DNA from: Klebsormidium nitens
Lineage: Eukaryota > Plantae > Klebsormidiophyceae
Assembly: GCA_000708835.1 (NCBI GenBank)
Contig: DF237167.1
Coordinates: forward strand, 62,001-126,000
Length of the DNA stretch: 64,000 bases
Direction of reading: 5' to 3'
Shown: piece after piece, positions 24,120 to 36,899 of the stretch
Numbering within the stretch: position 1 is the stretch's first letter
Layout: each line of letters starts with the position of its first letter
Program-made: the position numbers and the translations under genes
Notes under the pieces: model-generated
The model's input: the letters and a program-made list of their open reading frames with translations, nothing else
Told to the model about the DNA's origin: nothing
Databases searched by the model: none

Positions 24120-27100
24120 ATGGCCAAGGAGACCTTCCTCTTCACATCTGAGTCGGTTAACGAAGGCCATCCAGACAAGCTGTGTGATCAAGTGTCCGAT
24201 GCAGTGCTGGATGCATGCCTGGCACAGGTAACCTTTTATGCTCTAAAGTATGGACCCAAGCACCCCTACCATAAAAGTAAAGTCATGCAAATACTGAATC
24301 GTAAGACAACGCTGCTGGCTTGCTCGTTGATGATCGTGAGCATGAATGATGAGTCGTGTTTAGATTCTGGTAGCTCCGCATGGTGTTTGGTTTAGGCAGA
24401 TAGTGAGACTCTTGGGTATGACGAAGCTGCTGTTTAGCTGTGGTTCCACGACCCAACCTGATTCAGGCCGTGCCGGGTCATCTGGATTCCCAAGGCTCCC
24501 TTCAATGACTACATCCTTGTCTCTATACAGGACCCGGACAGCAGGGTGGCCTGTGAAACCTGCACCAAGACTGACATGGTTATGGTCTTTGGTGAGATAA
24601 CTACCAAGGCCAAGGTCGACTATGAGAAGATTGTTCGAGATACAGTGCAGGAGATCGGCTTTACTTCCTCTGAAGTTGGGCTTGATGGTGCTCATTGTAA
24701 GGTCAGGCTTTTATCCACCTTCCTTATCCAGTCTTTTACTTTTCGAGCATGACTTGCATATGGTGCATCAAAGTGTAATGTTTCTCGTTCGTCGACTCCC
24801 AAGCTTTGGTCTCTGAGCTAGTAAGAGTCAGTGCATTCTGGACCACTTCTTTGAGAAGCTACTTCATCAGATTGGCAGATATTGTTACAATGTCTTACAT
24901 CGTACAGGGCTCATGCCCCTCGAACCTGTCCAACTAAAATCCCTGGCAGAGTTAACAATATATATTCAAAATCTCCTATTCACCAGAAAGACACTTGACA
25001 TGCATGCACCTTTTAGCTACACTCCTCACTACTCCTTTCTGCCTCTCTACTCTTGCTGTGGTCCAAAATATACCTTATCGACCGAGTTGCACCTCTGCGA
25101 AGTCGTTCTGACACACTTTCCTCTGAGGTCGTGTATGTTCGAAATTGTGTAAGATCGAAGTGAGCCTGTCTAGAGCAGGCTCGGGTCTTTTGAGCTGCAT
25201 TGGTCAACAACCATGTTCTTCGCAATCGGTTTAGCATACAGGAAGAAATAGTCATAGACTGTGACTCTCTTTGATCCTTGCCGAATCTGGGTACACAGAA
25301 GTACCTAGGTTGAAGCACACTCCAGACATCACGCGAACGGCAGAAGCAAACTTCGCCCCTCTTTTCGCAGGTCCTTATGAACATAGAAGAGCAGAGCCCT
25401 GACATTGCGCAAGGTGTGAATGCGAAGAGACCAGAAGACATCGGGGCCGGAGACCAGGGCCACATGTTCGGTTATGCCACAGACGAGACTCAAGAGCTGA
25501 TGCCACTCACGCACGTGCTTGCCACCAAGCTGGGAGCCAAGTTGACGGAGGTAAGGCAGGATTGGGGCTGTATTCAGGTGCTTTTCTTCTGATAGAGCCG
25601 TTGTAAACTTTGTGCCTCGGAACAGATACTTAGCTGCAACAACGACTTGGTTTCCCGACTCAAACAATCAAGGCTGACCGCTCCTCAGGGACCGCTCTTT
25701 GAGGCATGACACTACGCCGTTTTCGATCAGATTCCGGCCGGCTGCTTGTTGGCTCCGGATAAGTAGACGCAGAGCGATCATAGCTTTCTCCTTCATTGTC
25801 TTTAGCATTTTGTGTATCCTGCACAACAACCGATCACCTTTCCGATTCCGTATCTTGGAACGTACCCAATCTTTTGTTCGGATTACGACGGCGAGCTATC
25901 TCGCTGCCCTTGAAGCAGCAAGCAGATCCGGCGTTTCTGCGTCGTTCCCTTGGTGAGAGCGGCCTAGCTCGGAATCAACTGAGTGTTCAGTAATGATTTA
26001 ATGATACCCTCGACTCTGCAGGTTAGAAAGAACGGCGTCTGTAAATGGTTAAGACCGGACGGGAAAACGCAGGTCACGGTTGAGTACAAGATTGAAAACG
26101 GGGCGACTGTTCCTCTGCGTGTTCACACCGTTCTCATCTCCACTCAGCACGATGAGACAGTCACCAACGACCAGATCGCGGCTGAACTTCAAGAGTGAGC
26201 CTTTGCTGAAAACCTCGATTTGGCTTTCCTCTTGGAACCAGATATGTAGTGATTCAAGCTGACAGCCTGACGCTGGAGGTAGCAGCAACGTAGGGGGTTG
26301 GTCCGCTTGTGCTGTCAGCGGGTTTTTTGTATGTTCGGTTGAAGAACATTTGCGAAGGGTTTAGAGGTGCTAGGGACAGGAATTTTCTCAGATCCTTTGC
26401 TTCGTACTAGATCAACATTTATCCGTGTGCGGACAGACATGGGACCAAAAATTCCATACAACGAATCGAGTAGGCGAGGAGCTGTCCTTTTCTTGTCGTC
26501 ACGGTCTTTTTAGCTATGTCAAATATAATAGGCGAGGAGCTGTCCTTTTCTTGTCGTCACGGTCTTTTTAAGCTATGTCAAATATAACAGGCATTAGAGC
26601 GCCTTTCCGGACTGGAACATCCCTTCCCTCGTATCAAATTGGCTCGGCGTAACTTGCACAGAAGTTTCTTACAAACTCTTGTAGGAGCTCAGGCTTCCAG
26701 GTCTCTGTTCTCAAAATTGACGGTTGAGAGCCTTATCATTGCAGGGATCTTGCAGACGTCTTCGAGCCAGCGCCTGCATGAGCTTTCCAAGGAACTCGCA
26801 AGCATTGCACATGCCGTCAGATGCCTGGCAGGATTTTAAGCAGTAGGACTCTTGTCTGCGACATAATCAAGTCCCTTCGATCGGCAAAGCTGGGGGCCTT
26901 GTCACAGACAAAGCAGACAACTTCATTCCGCTGTTTGAGACGGAATATCCGGAGTCGATACCGAGTTACGAGAGACAGCTGAGCGGTATGGTATTTGTCT
27001 GTGGTCCTCCTTCAGCGGTGATGTCAAGGCAGGAGCGAAACAGATTACGCGGCCCTGATTTGCACATTTTCTTCGCACGTACCGCTCAACAACTTACCCC

Positions 27101-29107
27101 GTCCCATTGATCCAGACCTTATTTCACCGCCAATTCCATTCCTGACTTTTCCACTAACCAGATTGCTGCCAAGCGCTGACCTCGCTTCTGACCCAGCCGT
27201 GCTTCTCGTTGCAGGCACGTAATCAAGCCCGTGATTCCTGCTAAGTACCTGGACGATCGGACTATCTTCCACCTCAACCCTTCTGGCCGTTTTGTCATTG
27301 GAGGGCCCCACGGGGATGCTGGCTTGACCGGCCGGAAGATCATCATCGATACCTACGGAGGCTGGGGGGCGCACGGGGGCGGTGCCTTCTCCGGAAAGGA
27401 TCCCACAAAGGTGCGCTAATGACTGACAGAAAAGCAAATCGAGAAGAGTCTAATGCTGAAGAGCAGCTCTCGAAGTTCCTCTGTGCACTGAGCTCTGGCC
27501 TTGAATGAGCGACTGAATCGAAAAGGGGGCATCAATGGCGTGTAATAAAAACCAAGGGAGTTTGCATGGCCGGTTTGGACCTTTGAAATCAAGAATACAC
27601 CCGTCTTCCCATTATGGACCTGCCTGATCGTTGCGTCTCAGCGGTTTGGGACCTGGTCTTACAAACCATGGCAGGAAAGGTGATTGGCCAGGCGCAATCC
27701 CGCAATCAAGCACGGGACTAAGGTTCCTTTTGCAACTTAATCAAGGGAATACTTCGTTTTTCTGTACCTTCGCCCCTTGCTGATCACCCCTTGATTCAGC
27801 TGGGTTTACGTTGTGAATTGGACTTCTTTCCAACGTTGCAGGTTGATAGGTCCGGTGCATATATCGTCCGACAGGCGGCCAAGAGCATCGTTGCTTCCGG
27901 TCTGGCTCGAAGGGCTCTCGTTCAGGTAAGCTTCTGCAGCGATCACAGGAACAGATGCGTTATCCGTTTCTCTCTACTTTGCGAGGCCCAGGGTTGTAGC
28001 TTCAAATTCATTCTCCCAAATTTATTGTGTGGAGGAGAGCCGTAGGCGCGGAGCATGGACTGCGCTCTTCTCCGAGTGCGCTGGGCTAGCTTGCCTTGCC
28101 AGTACTTCAGACAGAAACAAGTACTCGAAGCGCATGCTGGCAAGAAAACGTTGCTCAGCGATCAGGTTTAACTCAGCGCGATTGACTATGAAAAGCAAAC
28201 GATACCCTCAGTTTGCGCGCATAAGCAGCTTCCATGCACAGAGCGTGCGAAGGCGCGCAGCTCTACTTGAGCATGGCTTTCCCACACATTTGACTGCACT
28301 CGCTAGCTGTATCTGGAGTTCGATCTAGCTCGACTTGCCAAAGGACTGGTGTTAACATTGTTCCGCAACCACTGTAGCATTGGTCTGGCCATACCGTCTA
28401 AAAGCCTTGCGTAATGGCTTTTCCCAGGTCGATCTTTCGAGTGCTCCTTTTGGTCCGGCCAAAAGCAGCGGCCATGCAAAAGACACATCTAGCTTGCTCA
28501 CCTTGCACACCGTCTTTTGAAAATTCCATGAACGGAAGTACCTGATTCAATCACTTTCCCTTTTGATTGTACTTTTTCTCATTGAGAGCCGAACGACCGT
28601 ATCAGCTGTAGCAAGAAACACGCCTTTAATGAAAATATTTGCAACTCTCGAAACGGTCCTTCTCGCCAGTCGAAGCCGTTTGCATAAGGCGTGCGCCAAG
28701 CAGGATTGAGCGGCTTGAATATGTCTGCTGTCACGTGCCAAGTCTCATTTACTTTATGAAGGCCCTAGACCTCCATTTTTCAGCGTTTGATGTGCCCATC
28801 TGGGCTTTGCGAACTGCAGAGCTTCATCCGTCACCCTGTTCTTCTCTTCCAGGTTTCGTATGCCATCGGCGTTCCCGAGCCTCTGTCGGTCTTCGTCGAC
28901 ACATACGGCACTGGAAATTACCCCGACTCCAAAATCCTTGAAGCAGTCAAGCAAAGCTTTGACTTTAGGCCTGGCATGATTGCCATCAATCTCGACCTGA
29001 AGCGGGGTGGCAACAGGCGTTATCAAAAGACCGCAGCGTACGGGCACTTTGGGCGCGAGGACCCGGACTTTACTTGGGAGATTGTGAAGGCTCTGAAAGT
29101 ACAGTAA
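24120..29107 (+). CDS. SAMS: S-adenosylmethionine synthetase (methionine adenosyltransferase), 388 aa, 7 exons
   Basis: Exons 24120-24227, 24531-24701, 25371-25550, 26022-26194, 27215-27410, 27842-27925, 28853-29107 (1167 nt). Motifs [57 protein letters not shown]. Confidence 0.98.
26471..26587. repeat. 58-bp near-perfect tandem duplication in SAMS intron 4
   Basis: TAGGCGAGGAGCTGTCCTTTTCTTGTCGTCACGGTCTTTTTA(A)GCTATGTCAAATATAA at 26471 and 26529. Confidence 0.92.
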
Positions 29108-30561
29108 AATTTCCAGCGTTGCTATGCACCTTGGTCGCGCCAGAGTGTTTTGAGCTTTAAATTCTCTGGATTCACCAATTAATAGGTCTATGCTTAGCTT
29201 ACAGCTTGCAGGGACTTGACTCACGTACTAGCAATCATCCATTTGTTTCTGATCTAAGCGTGGACTCAAATACCGTTCGTACCGTGTTCACCGGGAGATG
29301 AAGCATACACACATACATACATACTTCTTTTATAAGGCCGTAGCGGTTAAGCCATGGACCTGGAACGCTGAACAATTTGTTCGATGAGTTCGGGCGTTTA
29401 TTTCGACGAGCTAGCTACCTACTCCATATCATCTCCTACTGCTGCACGCGGCTACACTGATAGACTGCTCTTCTAGTCGATCATGCAACCGTTATGAGTT
29501 ATCGTTCAATCGAACCGTTGTTCACTAACCACCTTTCTAAAGTGACTGAGGTCGGAAGGTCTTCGGTCTTCAGCTTGACGGTCGGGTGTCGACATGCAGT
29601 GCATAGCAGCGGCCCCTGTTCTAGTAGGGTTGTCGTAGCAGTGGAGATGGACTAGGTGGTCGGAGCTCGCCTGCGGCCTGGATTTGAACACTCATCGAAC
29701 CGATTGTTCAGCAAAGCCGGGTTAGCCTAGCACAGTAGCCATGATACGTTCTTCTTTCTGAGGGCCATGGGCCAACAACTTTCAAGGAAGGCATATTCTA
29801 ATTCGCGGGCGCCCGGATCCACCTAGTGGGATCTCGTCGGAAGTTGTACCCCGTGTCAGTTGCGGTGAGGGCCAGTATCATGCGTGACCGGTCAATCATT
29901 CGGAATCGTAACAAATGATTGATCCGGCTCCATACACCATGAAACTTGCATCATCTGGCGCCTCAGGCTGGGCCGGTGGCCGGATCTTATAGCGCGCGCC
30001 CCGGGCAGCTCATGACATGAAAACGACCGGCCGTTGCAAAGCGCGCACGTTGGAATCATTGAATGACTGGACACATGCATGCACCTGGCCACCGGATCAT
30101 TCGATCCAAACGTACAAATATGCAGATGCATCACTGGTAACACCAGCTAGCTAGATATAAACGTTGAACAAATAATGTATTCGGCAACAAGCATCGATCT
30201 GGCAAATTAGGCGCGGCCGCCGGCACTACAGTAATCTCAGGTAGCTGGATTGACGGCGGCTGCTTGCCAATCCATGTACTATACGGCCCGGTGTTCGTCC
30301 GGTCATGCGTGGGTTCTACGCGTGTGTTTCTCATATAGAGCGACCGTTTGGTTGACGTACTCGATCAAAAGAGACGGTACCGTTCGTGGAGTGACATAAT
30401 AACCGTATTTTGAAGCATGTATACCGGCGACAGTCCTGGCAATCTTTTGTGCATACAGTACTTTATGTAGACATGTACGCGTGTAGTCCATGCAGATTCC
30501 GTACAATGATTCTACCAAGATTGCAGACAAAGCCTCAGTGGTACTTCAGCTCGGAGCTGAT

Positions 30562-30612
30562 ACTCACAACTCACATACTCACACTCACACTCACACACAC
30601 TCACACTCACAC
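30562..30612. repeat. (ACTCAC)n/(AC)n microsatellite
   Basis: Direct reading: actcacaactcacatactcacactcacactcacacacactcacactcacac. Confidence 0.85.
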
Positions 30613-33600
30613 TGATGGGGCCGGATATTTGGTGAAAACGGTATGCGTGCTTGCCAGAAGCTTTCACAGTAGGTTCCACAAATCAAGGCTACTTGGGGAC
30701 TACTATCTTCTCGTTTTGGACCGGACAGCATGCTATCCTGATTCGGAGCGCCTGCTTGGCGACCATGTTGGCGGCTAGTACGGCCTTGCTTTCCCGAGCG
30801 ACTTGGGCGCTGACTGGCGAGACTCGGAGTTGGCCTCGGTTGGCACCAAGTTGGCGGGCGTCGGCTGCGGAAGTGCCAAGAAAAGCGGAATCAGAAGAAG
30901 GTCCAAAAGGAAACGGACAAGCGCCGCAAATCCGTCGGCGGTCCAGATGTAAAAGGCTAGGTTGATCAGACGAAATTCGCTAGGTCGATGAGCTCGATCA
31001 GCTCCGATCCTCGAGACAACAAGTAGCGTGGAACCAGAAGAAGAGCATATTTAAACACCTGTCGCGGCCTACACACAATGCCTAGTAAAAGCAAGCGCTA
31101 AGGATATCAAGCAAAAGACAGGGCACAACCACACCCAACCAAGCCTGGCTAAGTTTGACTTAGATGCCATTCTACCAGACTAGCTGGTTGCGCTGAAACA
31201 CCACTTAACTTACTCATGCATGTTAGGGGCGAAACCTCTGTGATGCGGAGGATTGAGCTGTCCTGGGGTACATCTAAACACAGCCCTAAAGTGAGACCCG
31301 AGAATGAAGATTCTAAATTTGAACCCGAGTGTTTTTTGCCAATTCACGGCGGCCACAAGCGATTTGCTCCAACCATTGTTAAAGGCGACGCTGGTCTTTC
31401 AGAAGTCAATGACGACAGGACAGAATCCGTTTCGCATGCGATTGTCGACGAGCCTGCGCACAAGGAGCGAGCTGCAAGAGACGCTGCTGAGTCCTGGAAT
31501 GGGGTTTGTGGGGCGACTGCTTATGTAGACCAATCACAGCTGCCCCCTCTGGCCCCAAGCTAAGATGATGGCTAAATGAGGGAGCGCTTACGTCAAAGAA
31601 GACCTCCTCTTTGATGGTTCAGCGCTTGCTTCTGTTCTTCACGGCTGCTGTCAACGCGCTGCACGATAGGCACAAGGGTGACGTGTTGCTGCAATCGCTG
31701 GGCTCCAGAAGATAAAGCTGGTCCAACCTGCAAGACGAATCAAACTTCTCAGTCCGGCTCATTGATTGTGGTTACCAGGTGTTACATTTGCTATTGGTAC
31801 AGACAGGAAAAGCAGAGACTCTTTTATTGGACAAAAGTCACTCAAAGTGGGGCAACAATGCCCTCTTTTTCTAACAGAAATTAGGGCTGCCAACACCTGC
31901 GGTTTCGTTTTGGCAACATGGAAGCTGCACGTGTTGACAGCTCTTAGGCCGGTCCATTCAAAGTTTCCTCACAAACGTCCCCACAGACGGGGCTTGTATC
32001 CGAGTCCTTCAGTGGCTTCGAATCCATGCTGGTCATCGTCCCCCGATTGCCAGTCAGTACGCACGCTCTCAGTTCCTTGACACTAGGACGTGTTCTCGGG
32101 CTGCAACCTTTCAGTGTGTCAAAAGAGATATGGCGCAGGCGGCAACACAAGCTCCTAGGGACGTCGCCCGAAGACGATGAGCATTGGCAGAGAGCGATCC
32201 ATGCGGAACCCATCGCACGGTTCAGAGGGGCGGGTTGGTGGGGCTGACGTTGGCGATTGACGCAGCCAGTTTCTCGCCGATAACTTTCGTTTGACTTTAA
32301 ATGCTTGTCACTTAAGATAGGTACCCGGGGAGAGATAAGTTGAGTTAGTTGGATGGTTAGGGTGGGTTCGGGTGCGGAGCGGATAGATGTTTGGGTTAGG
32401 ATTTTCGGTCTAAGGGCCCGGGTAGCTCGTAACTTGGGTCACACGCCCGTTAGGTCACATGGAACTTATCGGTTTAAATATTTCTTGGCTGGGCAGTGAG
32501 CGTGCCTAGTGACTGTCGCGAATACTGAGACAGTATGATCAGATATGAAACTGCAAGCATCATAAGCTGGTTTGTTGGTGCCCAAAATAAAACGGCAAAA
32601 ACGTGATAGCAGAAGTCAATTCTAATCCCCCCCCCTGATGATGCTGACAAATGCAGCAAGCTTCCCTCGTGCCCTTTGAGAAGGTCTCGAAAATTCGCTT
32701 TCATATCGAGGAACGTGTGCGCCTGACTGCAATTTGAAAGTTGAAAGAAGGACAACCAAGGAAAGACCACGTCATTTGCTTACGGCTGTAATCAGCTTGG
32801 CGATCGCTCACGTAATGACCGCCGTCATGGGCGCAGGTGTATTGCCAGTCGGGAGTCGGCCCGCTCGCTTTCAGCAGCGCCTTGTTGTGGGTTAGCAGCA
32901 CCCGGGTTCGGTTCCAGAACAGGCTGCCGTGAAATTGGTAGAAAGCGCAGTCACGTCCCGCCTGCCTTCCTCACCGTTGGCTTCGCTCAATGACGTGGCA
33001 GGTTCTGCAAACGCCACATCAACTGTCAGTAATGGCAACTCTTGCGTTGTGCCCCGCACAGGATCTCCCACAGCTGCTAACGTGGCAGCGGATCGATTCA
33101 GAGGCAATGAACATGAATCGTATGAGCTGCTTATGGGCTGGTTAGGAAGTAGTTATGTGACCAGACTTGGGAAATAACCAGCTTCGAAACAAGGGTAAGC
33201 CCGGTTGTCTGTCCAATAATCCAAGTTTTTGCTCTGGTAATCAGCCTAGTTAGCAGCCAAAACTTCTTAAGTCGAACCAAGAGCCGGCATCACCAATCCG
33301 TGCGCCCGCGGACTGTTCCCGACCACTAGTTTGCTTCTCCTGTTCCGCACAATTGAGGCCAGAGGCGCTTCAACAAACTTACTCAAACTCCTCAGACCAG
33401 GGGCGAGCGAGGCTTTCAGCTAGTGAGTTTGCGTGCTTTGCCATTTTGTTCTAGCTTAATCCTGGCACGGAGACTCTCTGAGTAAGGGCGGTAGAAAGCT
33501 TTTGCGAGTCAACCCGCCATCTGTGGACCGCTAGAGTCTGGTCCTCAAACAGGTAACCCTTTTTCGGTTTCAACTGCTTCAAGAATCTTCACTTCTCACA

Positions 33601-33935
33601 ATCTACGCAAGACCTTTCCCTTACAATTTCTTCGAACAACCTTGCACTTGGGACATTCACTTCGCAGGTTCCAAAGCTGAGCTTCAAGTCCGAGAAGCAT
33701 GACAGCGACTTTGCGACACACCTACGAATCAGCCGGCTGTTTGACATCACCAGCGTGCATCCTCCGTGACATGTCTCTTCAAACTAGCAAAGTAACCTTT
33801 AGCAAAAGTAAGCGCCGACAATAACAGTGAAAGTCTGAATCACAAAATCAGCTGCTTTGCACTCGTACCCACCCAAAATCCCCAAACTAACCCCACCCGT
33901 CCTAGGCCGGTCAGCTTACTTTTGCTAAGGCTTAC

Positions 33936-35290
33936 TTTTGCTGATTGAAGCTCCGTCTCCGTGACCATCTCGCCGCCCCAGTCGCTGACGGTGACCACGC
34001 CGGAGTAGGGCGGCGACCACTCCACCTTCACCAGCACGCGGTGGTCGCCAAAAAAGGAGGTGGACTGCTTCGTTCCGCTCATGCGATATCTGCAGTACCA
34101 AAAAGGGGGAACAGCGAGCTCAGGACGGAACGCGCTGGGACAGCACGGATCAACCAAAAGAGGCTTACACGCTGCAAACCCGATGTGGAAGGTTTTGTCC
34201 AGCTCATGCCGTTCCTGGAGTGGGAAAAGGGTAGAATAAAGTGCTCAGGACAGGATGCACTAGGACGGAACGCACCAGGACGGAACGGATGAACAGATTA
34301 GAGGCTTACAAGCCGTCGCCGGAAAAGGAGGTTCACGAGATCGTTCCGCTCATGCCATATCTGCAGTACAAAAACTGCGGAACAGAGAGGTCAGGACGGA
34401 ACGCACTGGACCGGAACGGATGAACAGAGACAAGGCTTGCAAGTTGTCACCGAACACTAGGTGTGCACGGGTTTGCCCAGCTCATGCCGTAAGTAGGACA
34501 ACGGCACTACCTAGCAGGACGGAAAGGGCTGGGACGATACGCATTCATACTGGAAGACGCTCACATGAAAAGTGGGGAGATGAGAATCCCATACCGCAAA
34601 CGAAAATCAGACACGGAGGTGCTGAAGGGAATGGGATTGTCAAAAATCTACTCCGGGGAGGCAGGCGCGAATGCTACCGGAAGCAGCCACTTGCCAAGTC
34701 TAACAGATGATGTAGTAAGGTAGAAGTCCAATCAAAAGTTGGGGTACACAGTTTGAAAGCATTGTTCCGTCATGCGGTGTGCCAAATCGCTACAGAGGCA
34801 GATGTCAGCCCAATGAGGGTCCTTACAAAAAGGGGTTGTCCCAATAGCAAACCATTTATGCTGATGATACAAACAGCGACTGGTGGGGATTCTAGAAGGA
34901 TGGCTGCTAAGAAACATTGCAGGTCATAGGGAAAGGAGTTGATTCGTTGCCGCCAGGCTACCAGAATCGATCATCACACTTCTGGCGGTCCGCTTCATGT
35001 GGCGGCAGAGAGCCCGAAGCAGGAGGAAACCGGTGACTCGCAGATCAAGAGCCCAGCAATAACCACCCCGTTACAGAAATACTACCCGTGCGATTCCCAA
35101 GTGCCGTTGGCGCCATTTCAATTCCCTTACGCGCCTACGGACGAATCTGCGCGCGCACTCACCTGAAGCAGATGGTGACGTCACCGGGTGTTCACTTGCG
35201 GATCAGCTCCCCGCTCTTGTGCACGTGCGTCATCTTGTCAACTGCTGACCACTGCTTTGGGCGCCGCGGCGCTGTTCCGTTTCCGCCCAT
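33936..35290 (-). CDS. Exons of an unidentified gene (possibly degenerate)
   Basis: Exon 34089-33936 has acceptor CTGCAG and donor GTAAGC and encodes YRMSGTKQSTSFFGDHRVLVKVEWSPPYSGVVTVSDWGGEMVTETELQSAK with GC-rich codons. An upstream exon ends at 35163 (GTGAGT donor) in compatible phase. No family recognised. Confidence 0.45.
34070..34520. repeat. Degenerate ~135-bp tandem repeat containing copies of the adjacent exon's acceptor and 5' end
   Basis: GCTCATGC anchors near 34077, 34203, 34348, 34481, with repeated GGACGGAACGCA. CGTTCCGCTCATGCCATATCTGCAGTAC at ~34342 recopies the exon junction at ~34071. Confidence 0.8.
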
Positions 35291-35300
35291 GGAGCGGAAT

Positions 35301-35575
35301 AGCCCCCCCAAGCGGCAATGCTCGTTGAGAGGGGGCACAACGCCCTCCTCATCCGCCCGCCCTCCCGTCTTCTGGCCGCTAAAGGCGTCAAGAGATTCTG
35401 TTTTGGGAGTGGAAACGCCAGGGGTCTTGCGGAAAAAGCCCCTCAAGCCGAAATGCTCGTTTGAGGGGGGTACATCGCCCTGCTCATCCGCGCCCCGCCG
35501 CCGCCGTCTCCTGACCGCTACAAGCGTCGAGAAAGTTCTGTTTGGGGGAGGGGAGCGCCGAGGGCTTTGTGCAAG
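35301..35575. repeat. Two diverged ~135-bp tandem units
   Basis: AGCCCC..CAAGC.G.AATGCTCGTT.GA.GGGG...CTCATCCGC...CCGCTA.A.GCGTC.AGA...TTCTGTTT.GGG at ~35301 and ~35437. Confidence 0.8.
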
Positions 35576-36899
35576 CGCTGCACGATATGTGCGGGATCAA
35601 CCTGGCAGACAGAGCGCGGGAGTTTGTCAGTAAGGAAGCATTAGAGCCAAAAAATGTGTGTGGCCAAAGAAAGTTTCTAATGTAGAAGTTCTCAGGAAAG
35701 GGGAGGTCGACCTGGCAGAATGTGTGCAAACTGAGCTGTCTAAAAAGTGCTTGCAACGCTTGGTACCTGGTTCGCTTCTTCTACTGGTGAGAGTATGTAC
35801 TTTCTTTGTCCACGTCCTGAGCTCTCTGCGCCAACAAATCAATCACTTACGGCAATCCCACAACAGTTTCTTGGCCTTAACCATGGTCAACCTTGAGCTC
35901 GTTACGGGCTACTTGCAAAGTAGTTACGTGTCCAACAATCAGACTTGGGCGGTATCCAGCCACAAACCAAGCGTAAGACCGGGTTTCTTGCTAGTTAACC
36001 TAAGAATCAGGTCGGATGATCAGCCTGGTTAGCAGCCAACAACTACTCTAAAGGCTGCCGCCTTTTTGTGCCTCAAACCACGTGGTTAACGGAAACCAAG
36101 TGGTTAACCTGGTAAAGGCTTGAGTATCATAATCAGGGGACAGACTGCACCTACCTCGTCAGCTCTGTTCTCGAGCAAGTCGGTCGAGCGAGGGGGATCC
36201 CTTCAATCGTAGAGCTCATTGCCACCACCTGTAAGCCAAAGGGCCTCAACGTCAAACCTCTTTCTCTTCTCTTGTACTGAGTCTCACTTTTCTTGCCGTA
36301 TGACGGCTCAACGCTGTTGTTGCCAGAGAAAGCTGGAGTGTGGACAAAGAAAGCCTGCTTATACTGGCTCGTTTAAGGGCTTATATCATTTGTCACCTTT
36401 GCGACTTTTGTCCCTGAGGTGTTCCCTGAGGTGTGTTGCTTGGAGCGAGACGGAAAGGTGGGAAGTCTAATGAGCTAATTGCTCTTCTAGAAAACACAGG
36501 CCTAAACTTCGACTAGTTTGCCCTGATCCGTCATTTCCGTTCGCCTGTTCTGCAATAAAGTTGCACCAGAGATGTGGAGATGATCGATGTGCTTCCGCAC
36601 AAAGTGAGTGCGCACAGCTTTTCAGGTGCGAAAGAAGATAGGTTCCTTAGCTGCATCAGGCAGCTCCCTCTGGCCCAACCCAGATGCTGAACTCCTAGCC
36701 AGAACTAAGAAGAAGGCAACGCTTTCCGAAAAGACCACTCAGTGCTGTGGCTCACACTAAACGTGTGCGGCAAAATGTTAAAGCTGCCTGCTGCATTCCA
36801 CTGGGGGCCTTACAGTATAGGCACTTGACGCACTTTGCCCTCTTTTGCCCGGCCAAAAACGAGCCCATCGACAGGGACAGGTAGCAATTGGGGAAGGTT

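Noticed and set aside
30650-33500. Scattered ORFs and possible exons (e.g. 31216-31563 +, 32474-33107 -)
   Set aside because: Could not be assembled into a phase-consistent gene or matched to a family. They may continue the unknown 34-kb gene.
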